DNA of 64,000 nucleotides, taken from Candidatus Heimdallarchaeota archaeon. GTDB taxonomy: Archaea > Asgardarchaeota > Heimdallarchaeia > Heimdallarchaeales > Heimdallarchaeaceae. Under the pieces are notes generated by a model. That model had not been told where the DNA came from, searched no databases, and saw only the letters and a program-made list of their open reading frames with translations. The translations under genes and the position numbers were made by a program. The stretch is from contig JAUVXV010000001.1 of the NCBI GenBank assembly GCA_030603365.1, positions 448,001 to 512,000 of the forward strand, written 5' to 3'. Shown here piece after piece: positions 18,471 through 28,357 of this stretch (the first letter of the stretch is position 1; every line of letters begins with the position of its first letter).

Positions 18471-20735
18471 TCAAGATAGGAAGGTTAGTTGCTTTAGAAT
18501 ATTAAACAGTTCATCAACGGGTAATTTATCTATCTTCTTATTATCTCTAGTTTTTCTCTCCATTTCCTTCAATAAAAGTCCATATTCGTAAGCTGATTTA
18601 GATATTTGAGCAAAGGTAGAATCGTATTGTGCAACAGATTGGAGTTTTTCACTAGCTTTATTTGCTTCTTTTGATGCTTCAATAAAATAGGAAGCAGCCT
18701 TGTAATTGTCTTTATTAGTATCCGCTCCAATTCCAAGTATTGCTGTTTTTGTGGCATCAAGGAAATTTGTTAGTGCTTCAGATAATATTTTCTTAATCTC
18801 AATTGCTTTCCAGTTAATATTTGTATCCTTTAACTCAAACATTTTCTTGTGGTTCAGCAATTCCCCACAATCCTCACTTATTCGGATATTTATAGCATTA
18901 AATAATGTGAATTGATTGAAATTATGGTTTATTACTATTTGATAATTCTCCTTTGTTGTTTCCTTTTTTGAAACAGCTATTTTGTAACTTCTTGCAATTC
19001 TATCTATAACTGTATTAAGAAAGAGAAATTGTCGTGTTAGCTCAAAGAGACGTAATTCGATATCTTGTCCTTGAATAAATGTTTGACTATATCTATGCTC
19101 AACCCATGCTTTATCGATTTTTGATTTGTCACTTAACTGAGAAATCTCAATTGCTTTTGTTGAATAATAATGAGCTTTAGCATGATAAATTATGTCGAGA
19201 ACTTCATTTGAATCTTTATCAGCAAGACTATGTTCTAGGTATATAGAATTAGCCATGAATTCCAAACATTCTATATCTTTGATAATATACACTTTTGTTT
19301 CAGATTTGGGTAAGAAATAAGCAGAAATTTTAATATTTGAGATGTTTTCAAGCAATGATTCAATACTCTCAGGCTTGATTTTTTTTCCTTTTTTCTCTAA
19401 ATCAACCAATTGATCTGAAATATCTTTTATTGCAAATTCTAAGCTTTCAATGAACCTGATTAGATTTTGTTCTGCTTTATTAATGGCTTTATCAAAAGGT
19501 AACTTTTCAAGCGTTGCTATTTTAAGTTCTTGTACGAAATTCAAATACACATATGGCAAGCTACTTACATAATTGATATTAACTTTCAAACCTGGTTTAT
19601 TAACAATAGTCTCTACTTCTTTTATCAGTTTTTGAATTTCCTTGTTAGATCCTGTAGAAATGATAGAGTTCAATTGTGAGGTTTTTGCTGCAAGTTCTGC
19701 AATTCCGTGGAAGAAAATATGAATAGATTCATTCTTTTGAATATCTTCTTTGAGTCGTAGATTTCTTTCATCTAAATCAGTATTTGACGAAAGTACTTTG
19801 AGAGCTTCAGTTTCAAATCCCAAAACTAAATAGAGAAATTGAACACTAGCGATAAAACTGTCACTTTTAGCAGCTTCAAAACTCAATCTAAGATAATGGT
19901 CTGTTAATTCGTTATTTCTTAAAGCTAGGTTGAGAAGGAGATGGCTATTTTCTATCTGCTTTCCCTTTAACTCAGGATCTTCAGAAAGATCGCTATAATA
20001 CTCCAAGGCAGTTTCAAGGTGCGAAAGGCTTCTTTCAAATGCAAAGTGAGTTGCTATTGGGTCCTTCCACCACCAATCTTGACCCAATCTTTTTAGAAAT
20101 TGAGAAGTAAATGAAACATCAAATTCAGCAAGAACCAGTTCATATGAACCTTTTTCTTCTAATAGTCTCTCCTTATTAACTTCATTAGGCGATTCTTCAA
20201 GAAGTTGTATGATTTGATTTTTTTGATTTACCAGCAGAAAAGTAAGCATAACTTCTTCAATACTTGAAGCTCGAGGATGAGTTGAATCAAAATATGTTTG
20301 TGAAATTGAATTCAGAATCCGATATCCTTCAATATAAGATGTACAATATTCTGGAGATGGTTGAGTTCCAAAAATACCTGTGTTTACTATGTCTGCATAG
20401 ATGACCATAAGGTTAGCTAATTCCATTTGAAATTCTTGTAAATCTTCTAATTTTGTTGTAAGAATTTCTTTCCTTTCAGCATTTGAGTCTATCTGAGATC
20501 TATCTCTAGTCCATTCATCGAGATAACGTCTGTACAGAAGATGTGCTAAGGAAGATACATTGGAAAGGGTTTCAGCACAGAATTTAGAAAAGCTTAACCA
20601 AACTTGACTTAACTCATCTAAATCATCTATCTGAACAAAAGAATGATAGATTCTTTCTCTTTCCAACTCCATCAATACGAATTGTTTGAATGGAGAATCA
20701 CTTAGCAACTCTATTGTCTCTTTGGAAAATACCAT
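18471..20735 (-). CDS. Large alpha-helical hypothetical protein
   Basis: 754-aa ORF, helical composition, no recognised motif. Confidence 0.7.
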   Translation of the reverse strand: MVFSKETIELLSDSPFKQFVLMELERERIYHSFVQIDDLDELSQVWLSFSKFCAETLSNVSSLAHLLYRRYLDEWTRDRSQIDSNAERKEILTTKLEDLQEFQMELANLMVIYADIVNTGIFGTQPSPEYCTSYIEGYRILNSISQTYFDSTHPRASSIEEVMLTFLLVNQKNQIIQLLEESPNEVNKERLLEEKGSYELVLAEFDVSFTSQFLKRLGQDWWWKDPIATHFAFERSLSHLETALEYYSDLSEDPELKGKQIENSHLLLNLALRNNELTDHYLRLSFEAAKSDSFIASVQFLYLVLGFETEALKVLSSNTDLDERNLRLKEDIQKNESIHIFFHGIAELAAKTSQLNSIISTGSNKEIQKLIKEVETIVNKPGLKVNINYVSSLPYVYLNFVQELKIATLEKLPFDKAINKAEQNLIRFIESLEFAIKDISDQLVDLEKKGKKIKPESIESLLENISNIKISAYFLPKSETKVYIIKDIECLEFMANSIYLEHSLADKDSNEVLDIIYHAKAHYYSTKAIEISQLSDKSKIDKAWVEHRYSQTFIQGQDIELRLFELTRQFLFLNTVIDRIARSYKIAVSKKETTKENYQIVINHNFNQFTLFNAINIRISEDCGELLNHKKMFELKDTNINWKAIEIKKILSEALTNFLDATKTAILGIGADTNKDNYKAASYFIEASKEANKASEKLQSVAQYDSTFAQISKSAYEYGLLLKEMERKTRDNKKIDKLPVDELFNILKQLTFLS

Positions 20736-20814
20736 TAAGTATCAGAAAGAATGTTAGTAAAAAAACGTTTTGACATTTCTTATGAGTTTTAGATATGTAA
20801 GTAACTTCTAATTT

Positions 20815-21066
20815 CTAATAATTTCGATCTTTATACCAACTTGGTTCTCTAAGTTCACCTAGATTTTTATTAAATTCTTGAACAAGTTTTCTAGCTTGAG
20901 AATTTGAATCCACTGCTATTTTCTGAACCTTATCTAAATTTATGATTCTCCCGCAATAGGAACACATCTTTGTTTTCTGTTTTGATTTGCAGTAAGTAAA
21001 CCTACTACATTCTTTTCTCGAGCATCTTATTACAATGTATTCAGAATTTATAATATTACTCTCCAA
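20815..21066 (-). CDS. DUF1922-like zinc-ribbon protein
   Basis: YIVIRC...C...QKTKMCSYCG. Confidence 0.7.
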   Translation of the reverse strand: MESNIINSEYIVIRCSRKECSRFTYCKSKQKTKMCSYCGRIINLDKVQKIAVDSNSQARKLVQEFNKNLGELREPSWYKDRNY

Positions 21067-21469
21067 TTATTGTTACAGCAACTTTACGAGAACGAGATCT
21101 GACATCCAAGCAGATAAAGACTGGTTGTTGCCAAGTACCAAGTTGCATTCTTCCATCATGAATATTTATTGTTAAACTAGGTCCAATTAAAGAAGCTCTA
21201 AGGTGAGAATGTGCATTCGAATCAATAATATCGTGCTTATATCCAGCTCCCTTGGGGACCAGTTTATGTAATAAGTTCCGAAAATCTTCTAGAACTCTTG
21301 ATTCATATTCTATTGTAGTTAAAGCACCAGTAGATCCAATAACATTTGCAGAAAGAATTCCATTTTTTATGCCAGATTTAAGGACTAGTTTTTCAAATTC
21401 ACTAGTTAAATCAATAATGCTTATCTCGCCCTCTGTTTGGAAATTTACTTTTTCTGATAGTAAATGCAT
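21056..21469 (-). CDS. yjbQ: YjbQ/UPF0047 family protein
   Basis: STGALTTIEYE, YKHD, NAHSHLRASL, LGTWQ. Confidence 0.92.
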   Translation of the reverse strand: MHLLSEKVNFQTEGEISIIDLTSEFEKLVLKSGIKNGILSANVIGSTGALTTIEYESRVLEDFRNLLHKLVPKGAGYKHDIIDSNAHSHLRASLIGPSLTINIHDGRMQLGTWQQPVFICLDVRSRSRKVAVTIIGE

Positions 21470-21614
21470 GATGAAACACCTAAGAAACGCTTATTCATAT
21501 TATTAGAAATCAAATTTGTTAAAAAACTAATCGGTGAAAGAATTTATTCAAAAGAACCTAAATCCTATTCCAAAAGAGATAAGAATTAAAATCTTTCAGT
21601 ATTATAGGAGAGAT

Positions 21615-22319
21615 ATGTCAGATTCAGAAATCAAAATGAACATTCTCATTGAAGAAGCTAATGCAAATTACAATGCTCATAGATACAAAGATGCTGCAAG
21701 GACGTTTGAACATCTAATAACTTTAGCTATACAAAATGACGAGCAAGAGGAAGCTATTTATTTTGCATATAGAGCAGCAGATTGCTGGAGGAAGGAAAAA
21801 AGTCCTATGAACCGAGCTATTATTTTTAGAGATATGGGAAACTTAGCATTTAGCTTCTGCTCAAAGATAATTGATGAATATATTTCAAAGACAAAAAAAC
21901 CTGAGGAAAAAGCTAAAGCATTACTGTTGGCTGGTGAGTGCTTAAGTTTACAAGATCAGTCTAAATCTAATGAGAAGTTGCTAGAAGCAAAAGGATTATT
22001 TGAAGAACTGGCTGAAAAAACAAAAGATAGTAAATTAAAGGTTAATTATCTGATGGATGCACTTGAAGGAACCATTAAACTTGGTAATAAAAAACAGATA
22101 AAGGAGCTTAAAGTTAGAATTGCGAACCATCATGTTAGTACTGCTGAAAGGGACTTCAAAAAGAATACACCAGAAGACTTACAGTCAGCATTAAGATCTT
22201 TTGAAGACGCTTTAGAAATGTTCCAAAATCTGAAATTAAAAGAAGATATTCAGAGTATTTCAAAGAAAATTGATACTCTCAAAAAGAAAGTAGCAAAATA
22301 TGACCCATTTGCAACATAG
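21615..22319 (+). CDS. TPR/SNAP-like helical repeat protein
   Basis: Repeating AARTFE / AADCW / ALRSFEDA helices; GGAG upstream of ATG 21615. Confidence 0.65.
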   Translation: MSDSEIKMNILIEEANANYNAHRYKDAARTFEHLITLAIQNDEQEEAIYFAYRAADCWRKEKSPMNRAIIFRDMGNLAFSFCSKIIDEYISKTKKPEEKAKALLLAGECLSLQDQSKSNEKLLEAKGLFEELAEKTKDSKLKVNYLMDALEGTIKLGNKKQIKELKVRIANHHVSTAERDFKKNTPEDLQSALRSFEDALEMFQNLKLKEDIQSISKKIDTLKKKVAKYDPFAT

Positions 22320-22425
22320 GTAGATGAACTTCCTCCTCCTCATTTGTTTAACACTTGAGATAAGAAATACTTTATAGAAACCTATTTTAAAGAAAAATTC
22401 AAAAAAAGAATAATCATGAAAACAT

Positions 22426-22502
22426 GGTCCCGTAGCTCAGCTGGATAGAGCGTCTGCCTCCTAAGCAGACGGTCGCGCGTTCGAATCGCGTCGGGATCGC
22501 CA
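22426..22502 (+). tRNA. tRNA-Arg(CCT), CCA encoded
   Basis: Cloverleaf; anticodon arm TCTGC-CT-CCT-AA-GCAGA; TTCGAAT T-loop. Confidence 0.96.
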
Positions 22503-22537
22503 TATTATTACCTCTCAACTAATAAGTTGTGTGAAAG

Positions 22538-23074
22538 ATGAGCAACCAAAACTCTACTACTATCAATGTTTTCATCTGTAATTTTCATACTTGTAATCCT
22601 AAAATTTGTACTGCAAAGAGAATCGTTCGCTTTAAAAAAGCAATTGAGATAAAAATAAATCAAATTAAATCTAATCATATAGTTCTTACACCTTTCTCCG
22701 AAATAGCATTATCTCCTGCAGATTTTGAGAAAGCTAATGCTTTTGGCTTGATTGGAGTAGATTGCTCATGGAATAATATCAGCAATGGTCGTACAGCATT
22801 AGATAAAGGGATAGGAAGGTCATTACCTTTTCTTGTTGCTGCAAATCCTAACAATTATGGAGCTCCTTCAAAACTTAGCACACTTGAAGCAATTGGGGCA
22901 GCACTTTACATACTAGGTGATAAGGAACAAAGTAAAGGAATTTTATCCTTGGTTAGATGGGGAGCTGAATTTCAGAAAATTAATCAAAAATACCTAGATG
23001 GTTATTCCTCAGCAAAAAACAGTAAAGAAGTTGTAAAGAAACAGTCCAAATTCATGAAAGAACTGTATGGATAG
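22538..23074 (+). CDS. tsr3: 16S rRNA aminocarboxypropyltransferase Tsr3
   Basis: CNPKICT, VDCSW, RSLPFLVAANPNNYG, KLSTLEA. Confidence 0.92.
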   Translation: MSNQNSTTINVFICNFHTCNPKICTAKRIVRFKKAIEIKINQIKSNHIVLTPFSEIALSPADFEKANAFGLIGVDCSWNNISNGRTALDKGIGRSLPFLVAANPNNYGAPSKLSTLEAIGAALYILGDKEQSKGILSLVRWGAEFQKINQKYLDGYSSAKNSKEVVKKQSKFMKELYG

Positions 23075-23137
23075 ACATTTTTCATAAATTGTTTGATACA
23101 GAATTCTTATAATAATACACATATTAAAAGAATTAAG

Positions 23138-24253
23138 ATGAAAATAGGTATAAACTGCTTTCCAACAGTTGGTGGCTCAGGAATTGTAGCCACTCAACTA
23201 GCTATTGAAATGGCTAAAAAAGGTCATGATGTACATCTGATAAGTTATGATACACCGTTCTTACTTAGAACATTTAGACACCCTAACATAACTTTAGAAC
23301 TTGTTGATATTCTATCCTATCCTCTATTCAAAGATATAGGCTCACCTTATACAATTCTTGCAGCTTCGAAACTTGCACAAATAGCACTAAAAACTGAAGT
23401 TGAGTTAATACATATACATTATGCAATACCTGTTAGTGTTTCAGCATATCTTGCAAAAGAGATAACAAATATACCATTCTCGATTACTGCTCATGGTTCA
23501 GACATACACACTTTGGGTGTGGATCCAGCATATAACCCTGTTATCTCACATGTATTCAATAAAGCAGACGGTTTGTCGACAGTTTCAAATTATATGAAAA
23601 GACAGATTCAAAGCAAATTCAATTATGAGAGAGAACTCGAAGTTTTCTATAATCCAATTGATATCAATAAATATCAAAAAATAGATTCTCAATTCTGTGA
23701 CTTTCGAATCAAATTTGAAAATAATTTTATTCATGTCTCCAATTTCAGACCCGTTAAAAACGCTCCTTTCATCGTTGAGACATTTGCCAATGTTATAAAA
23801 GAATATCCAGATACTGGTTTAATTATGGTAGGCGAAGGACCAGAAAGAAAAAAATGTGAAGATTTAGCTTACAAATTAGGGATTTCTGAGAATGTTATTT
23901 TCCAAGGAGTAAGGGTTTCTATTGCTCCAATTTATAGTTGTGGAGCAGCTCTTCTATCAGCTAGTACGAACGAAAGTTTTGGCTTAACACTTGCCGAAGC
24001 AATGTCCTGTGAGACTCCAGTTATTGCTCCAAATGTTGGAGGAATCCCTGAGGTAATTGACCATGATATTAATGGTTTTATCTATGAACTAGGTGATGGA
24101 GACAGTCTTTCTAAGTACATGATTCGATTATTAGATGACAAAAAACTTGTAAGGAAAATGGGTGGTAAAGGAAGAGAAAAAGTCATCAGTAAATTTGAAG
24201 CAAGTATGATTGCTGATCAATATATTGGGTGGTATGAAAAAATACTAGCTTGA
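23138..24253 (+). CDS. bshA: N-acetyl-alpha-D-glucosaminyl L-malate synthase (GT4)
   Basis: MKIGINCFPTVGGSGIVAT, HIHYAIP, HGSDI, HVSNFRPVKN, ESFGL. Confidence 0.85.
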   Translation: MKIGINCFPTVGGSGIVATQLAIEMAKKGHDVHLISYDTPFLLRTFRHPNITLELVDILSYPLFKDIGSPYTILAASKLAQIALKTEVELIHIHYAIPVSVSAYLAKEITNIPFSITAHGSDIHTLGVDPAYNPVISHVFNKADGLSTVSNYMKRQIQSKFNYERELEVFYNPIDINKYQKIDSQFCDFRIKFENNFIHVSNFRPVKNAPFIVETFANVIKEYPDTGLIMVGEGPERKKCEDLAYKLGISENVIFQGVRVSIAPIYSCGAALLSASTNESFGLTLAEAMSCETPVIAPNVGGIPEVIDHDINGFIYELGDGDSLSKYMIRLLDDKKLVRKMGGKGREKVISKFEASMIADQYIGWYEKILA

Positions 24254-24254
24254 T

Positions 24255-25877
24255 TTACAATCTAGTATTAATATACCCTATTCCACCAACAGGTGTTTCT
24301 TCAGAGTAATATCTTCTATATGCTGCGAGATAATCGTTTAAACCAGTAATAGAGGCCATTATGAACCAAGGCCAGCTAACTTCCTGCCATTGATGATTTG
24401 CATCATACATACCATATTGCCATGATTTGTATCTTTCAATTTGGTTTAATGATTTCTCTTGAATTCTTCTAGCTTCTTCCATTTTTGCTTTGATTATTTT
24501 TGCTATTTGATTTGATGTTTGCAACAACATCTCAGTTTCTTTCTTCCTTCTAGCCTTAGCGACACTTCCAAGAATCTTGAAGAAGTCATCTACAAAAAGA
24601 GATAGTGTATCCGGTTTAAGCTCTTGACTTATGTTTTCTATCCAAGGTGTATTATACAGTATCCTAGTATATTTAACATAAATCGGAAATTGTATCCCCA
24701 ATTTTTTAACTGCTGGAATGACTTGTGCATTGTAATCTATTTCTCCAGGTCCTGAAACTCGTACATAGATTGGCATGATAGATTGTAGAAGAGCTTGATT
24801 TGTATCTAATTTTGGTACTAAATGCTGTTCATGTTCATTTAAATCAATCTTATCCACATTGACACTGAATGCATAATCCTCTTTGTTTAAAGGGCATTTT
24901 CCAGTAAAATGAAGCATGTTCTCTTCTTCTGTACATAACAGATTAAGTCTATATCCATCATTTGGACATTCATAGAAAAAGGGAGAATAATCCTGTTTCT
25001 TCTTTGCTGTTGTGGGTTTTAGATTCAAATCTTGGATTTTTTCATAAGCTCTATTAAACTCTTGGATATAATTTTGTCTATCTCTAAGGAATGGTTCATA
25101 CCCCTTTACTGTTAATTTGCGAATCTCTGGATGAGAAGAAGGAAAGAATATTACTCCCCAATTATTTATGATATTCGCTTGAACCCCCCAGATAAGTGTG
25201 ATCCATTCACCAATATCTATGGAGGTTCGATATGTTTCTCTAAGAAATGTCAGAAGGTGTTCTATTTTTTCCATATACAACTTTTGTGAATTTTTTTCAA
25301 CTGAATTCTTGAATTCACTAAAAATATTCTTTATTACTTGAAGGTTCTCTTCTAACCAAGCAAAGTTGTTTGTCTGAATTTTATTGACTATTATTCCTTC
25401 GAGTACATCTTCTAGAACTATAGGTTTACTGTTTGATGATTGATAATTTGGTAAGTGAATTGAAGTAATTTCAGGTTGTATGCTATCATGAGTATTAACC
25501 AAAAACATAGGTACAAGGAAATTATCTTCGACCTTGCTTTGATCAGAGAGAGTAACAACTGCAGCTATTTTATTTGCTATAATCCCAGCTCCACCAAAAA
25601 TTGTTGTTTGTTGTCCTCCTAGAACAATACCATTATGCATTGAATTAATATTCTCTTCTACTTTGGGAGTCAATAATCCAAGCTTCTTATGATACTCCCT
25701 TAAAATTGATTTTAGTGTAGTTATCTGATTTTGATCAACTTCTATTTTAGGTAATAATTTGACTTGTGTTATTACTTCAGAGAATGTTTTGGATAAGAAA
25801 CCATAGAAATATTTTCCTTCTGAGAATTCTTTCCCCTCTCTTATATAATCTTCATAGAGGTCACCTATTGTTCCCAT
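24255..25877 (-). CDS. bshC: Bacillithiol biosynthesis BshC-like protein
   Basis: GGQQ..IFGG...K, VPMF...HD, GPGEIDY.AQ; size about 540 aa; abuts bshA. Confidence 0.72.
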   Translation of the reverse strand: MGTIGDLYEDYIREGKEFSEGKYFYGFLSKTFSEVITQVKLLPKIEVDQNQITTLKSILREYHKKLGLLTPKVEENINSMHNGIVLGGQQTTIFGGAGIIANKIAAVVTLSDQSKVEDNFLVPMFLVNTHDSIQPEITSIHLPNYQSSNSKPIVLEDVLEGIIVNKIQTNNFAWLEENLQVIKNIFSEFKNSVEKNSQKLYMEKIEHLLTFLRETYRTSIDIGEWITLIWGVQANIINNWGVIFFPSSHPEIRKLTVKGYEPFLRDRQNYIQEFNRAYEKIQDLNLKPTTAKKKQDYSPFFYECPNDGYRLNLLCTEEENMLHFTGKCPLNKEDYAFSVNVDKIDLNEHEQHLVPKLDTNQALLQSIMPIYVRVSGPGEIDYNAQVIPAVKKLGIQFPIYVKYTRILYNTPWIENISQELKPDTLSLFVDDFFKILGSVAKARRKKETEMLLQTSNQIAKIIKAKMEEARRIQEKSLNQIERYKSWQYGMYDANHQWQEVSWPWFIMASITGLNDYLAAYRRYYSEETPVGGIGYINTRL

Positions 25878-26175
25878 AGATATTATGTTGGAATAAACTA
25901 TTCTTAACAATTCTCATATAACATAAAATGAATGTGAAACTACTTTATTTACAGCTTTTAATTCGCTTTTTCACTGTCTAGAACGATTATTATATTTTGT
26001 TATAACATTCAAAAATTCTATACTTCCGACACAATTCTTATTGAAGTTTTTTACTTTATAATTTGCTTGATAAATTAAGCAGAATTCTGTTTTTTCATGT
26101 TGAATCTTACACAAATTTTTTAAATGAAGAATCTAAATAAAGCCACAAGAAATAATTTTAAGGTGAAAATAAGAA

Positions 26176-26340
26176 ATGGCTAAAGAATGCCCTAAATGTC
26201 ACAGCAAAAGTCTAAAAGAAGTTGAGGATAAGTCCAAACCAATAGCTTATTTCGGACATCAACCTATATACAAGAAGAAAAAAGTCTGTAAAGATTGCAC
26301 ATATGAATGGTTTGATGAAGGCGGCGCAGAGGCTGTATAA
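26176..26340 (+). CDS. 54-aa zinc-ribbon microprotein (not in ORF track)
   Basis: MAKECPKCHSKSLKEVEDKSKPIAYFGHQPIYKKKKVCKDCTYEWFDEGGAEAV*; AGGTGA Shine-Dalgarno at 26161. Confidence 0.8.
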   Translation: MAKECPKCHSKSLKEVEDKSKPIAYFGHQPIYKKKKVCKDCTYEWFDEGGAEAV

Positions 26341-26445
26341 AACCTTCTCTGTTGTATTTTCTTCCCTTCTTTCTCTATCTAGAAATGATTCAATGTCTTT
26401 TCACATATTTTTTCATATATTTTTTCATTCCGTAGGGGTAAGATT

Positions 26446-27540
26446 ATGAAAAAAAAGAAAATTCTGCGGAAATATGCTTTTAGATTTATAGTTTTAGTTA
26501 TAATGATTGGTTTTTTGGTTTTCTTCTTCTTTAGATTAGATTTTGAAGGGTCATATGAAGTCCTTCGAAACGCATCGGTTCTATATCTTCTTATAGCATT
26601 ATTGTTTATGGTAATTAGTGCAGCAGTTAAAGCATATCGTTTCTATATACTTCTGAAACCAAATAACCCTGAACTGAAATTTTCAAAGTTTTTACTTCCT
26701 TATCTTGTTGGCTATGGCTTTAGTGTTCTTGGTCCATTTAAAACAGGGGAAGTTGCTAGTGTGGAAATAAATAAACGCAATCTAGACGTTTCTCGTTCAT
26801 CTTCTTTTGCAGCCTTAGCATTTTTCAGAGTAGTGGATGTAATAGTTGTTCTAGTTTTCTTCATTATTGCTCTAGGAATCACTGTACCAAATATTATCGT
26901 GAATACCACAGATCCCGATTTGGCGAAGTATATTAGAAATGGAACAAATGTCGTTTTTTATCTAGCTATTGCTGGAACAGTTTTACTTACAGCTGTTTTA
27001 TTTGTTCCTCCAATAGGTAGGTATTTTCTCAAATTAACAAAGAAAATACTCGGTAAGATTTCTCAAAAAGCAAGTAATTGGTTAGAAAGAGTCGTTGAGC
27101 CAGCTTTAGATGAATATTATCAGTCATTGAAATTCCTTTATAGTAAGTGGTTAATTGCAACAGTTGTTATAACTACAACTGTACTCAGATGGATACTAGA
27201 ATTTTATTCTCTTAAATTCACATTAATTGCATTTGGTAGTGATATTGGTTTAATTGATGCTGCTTCTGTGATTTCCATAGCATTACTGATTGGGCTTCTA
27301 ACTTTCGTACCTGCAGGAGCAGGAACCGGAACAATAACTACTGAAATCCTTCTAATTGGATTATTGATTGATAAAAATATAGCAGATGCATCTATTCTTT
27401 ACCAAGCTTTGATAGGAATAGTTCTTACTTTGCTGTTAGCTGTTATAGCATCACCATTCCTAAAAAACAAAAAAAATACAAATACCAAAAAAGAAAACGA
27501 TAGTGCTCTTCAGGATACCGAATCTGGAAATATAACTTAA
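26446..27540 (+). CDS. UPF0104 / LPG-synthase TM (flippase-like) membrane protein
   Basis: KAYRF, PFKTGE, FRVVD, VPAGAG; multi-TM. Confidence 0.82.
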   Translation: MKKKKILRKYAFRFIVLVIMIGFLVFFFFRLDFEGSYEVLRNASVLYLLIALLFMVISAAVKAYRFYILLKPNNPELKFSKFLLPYLVGYGFSVLGPFKTGEVASVEINKRNLDVSRSSSFAALAFFRVVDVIVVLVFFIIALGITVPNIIVNTTDPDLAKYIRNGTNVVFYLAIAGTVLLTAVLFVPPIGRYFLKLTKKILGKISQKASNWLERVVEPALDEYYQSLKFLYSKWLIATVVITTTVLRWILEFYSLKFTLIAFGSDIGLIDAASVISIALLIGLLTFVPAGAGTGTITTEILLIGLLIDKNIADASILYQALIGIVLTLLLAVIASPFLKNKKNTNTKKENDSALQDTESGNIT

Positions 27541-28259
27541 ATGCCTCTTCTTAAACGACTAATCAGAAAATGATGAAACCCTAACTCTTCCATTTTTTTG
27601 CATGTTGTCTCAACATCATATTCTATTCTTATGTGTTCATATTCAAAATCCCTTGATTTTTCATTTATCTCGAATGTCATGAATGAAGCTTTAGGATTGT
27701 TATCTCTAGGTTGACCAACTGATCCAGGATTCAGTAGATGTTTTCCTTCATTAACAATGTGTAGAGGTTTATGAGTGTGACCTAAGAATAGGAAGTCAAT
27801 CTCAGTATATTCTCTTGTTATTTCAAAAAACATATTGTAAGACCATGAAGGTAGGTCTGGTGAAACATAATCTCTTAATGGTCTTCTTGGAGAACCATGA
27901 ACAAACATAGCATTTCCCTCAGTTATGAAAAGAGGAAATATAGAGAAGAATGGATGAGAACCTAATAACAGTTTTTCGTGTTGAGTGAGTTGAGTTTTTG
28001 TCCAAGATAAGGAAATCTTTGGTAGGGGATTAAAATATTTGAAATTATCCTTAAATATTGCATAATCATGATTACCAACGACATGGATTTGAGCAGTATT
28101 TTCAACAATATCTAAACACTCTTTCGGATTTGGTCCATATCCAACAGTATCTCCTAAATATATTATTATGTCAGGAGATAAATCATTGATCTTGTCAACT
28201 ACTACCGTTAATGCTTCCAGATTTGCGTGAACATCTGAGAAGATTGCTAAAGTAATCAT
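27537..28259 (-). CDS. Metallophosphoesterase (YfcE-like)
   Basis: SDVHAN, GDTVGYG, GNHD, HGSP, GHTH, NPGSVGQPRD. Confidence 0.92.
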   Translation of the reverse strand: MITLAIFSDVHANLEALTVVVDKINDLSPDIIIYLGDTVGYGPNPKECLDIVENTAQIHVVGNHDYAIFKDNFKYFNPLPKISLSWTKTQLTQHEKLLLGSHPFFSIFPLFITEGNAMFVHGSPRRPLRDYVSPDLPSWSYNMFFEITREYTEIDFLFLGHTHKPLHIVNEGKHLLNPGSVGQPRDNNPKASFMTFEINEKSRDFEYEHIRIEYDVETTCKKMEELGFHHFLISRLRRGI

Positions 28260-28357
28260 CGATTTCTCTCACTTATAGTTGCTAATTATTCTTCCTAATA
28301 ATAAGTATTTGTTCAAAAATATGTAAAAAGAAAAAGGAAAGAATAAACTAATTCAGC

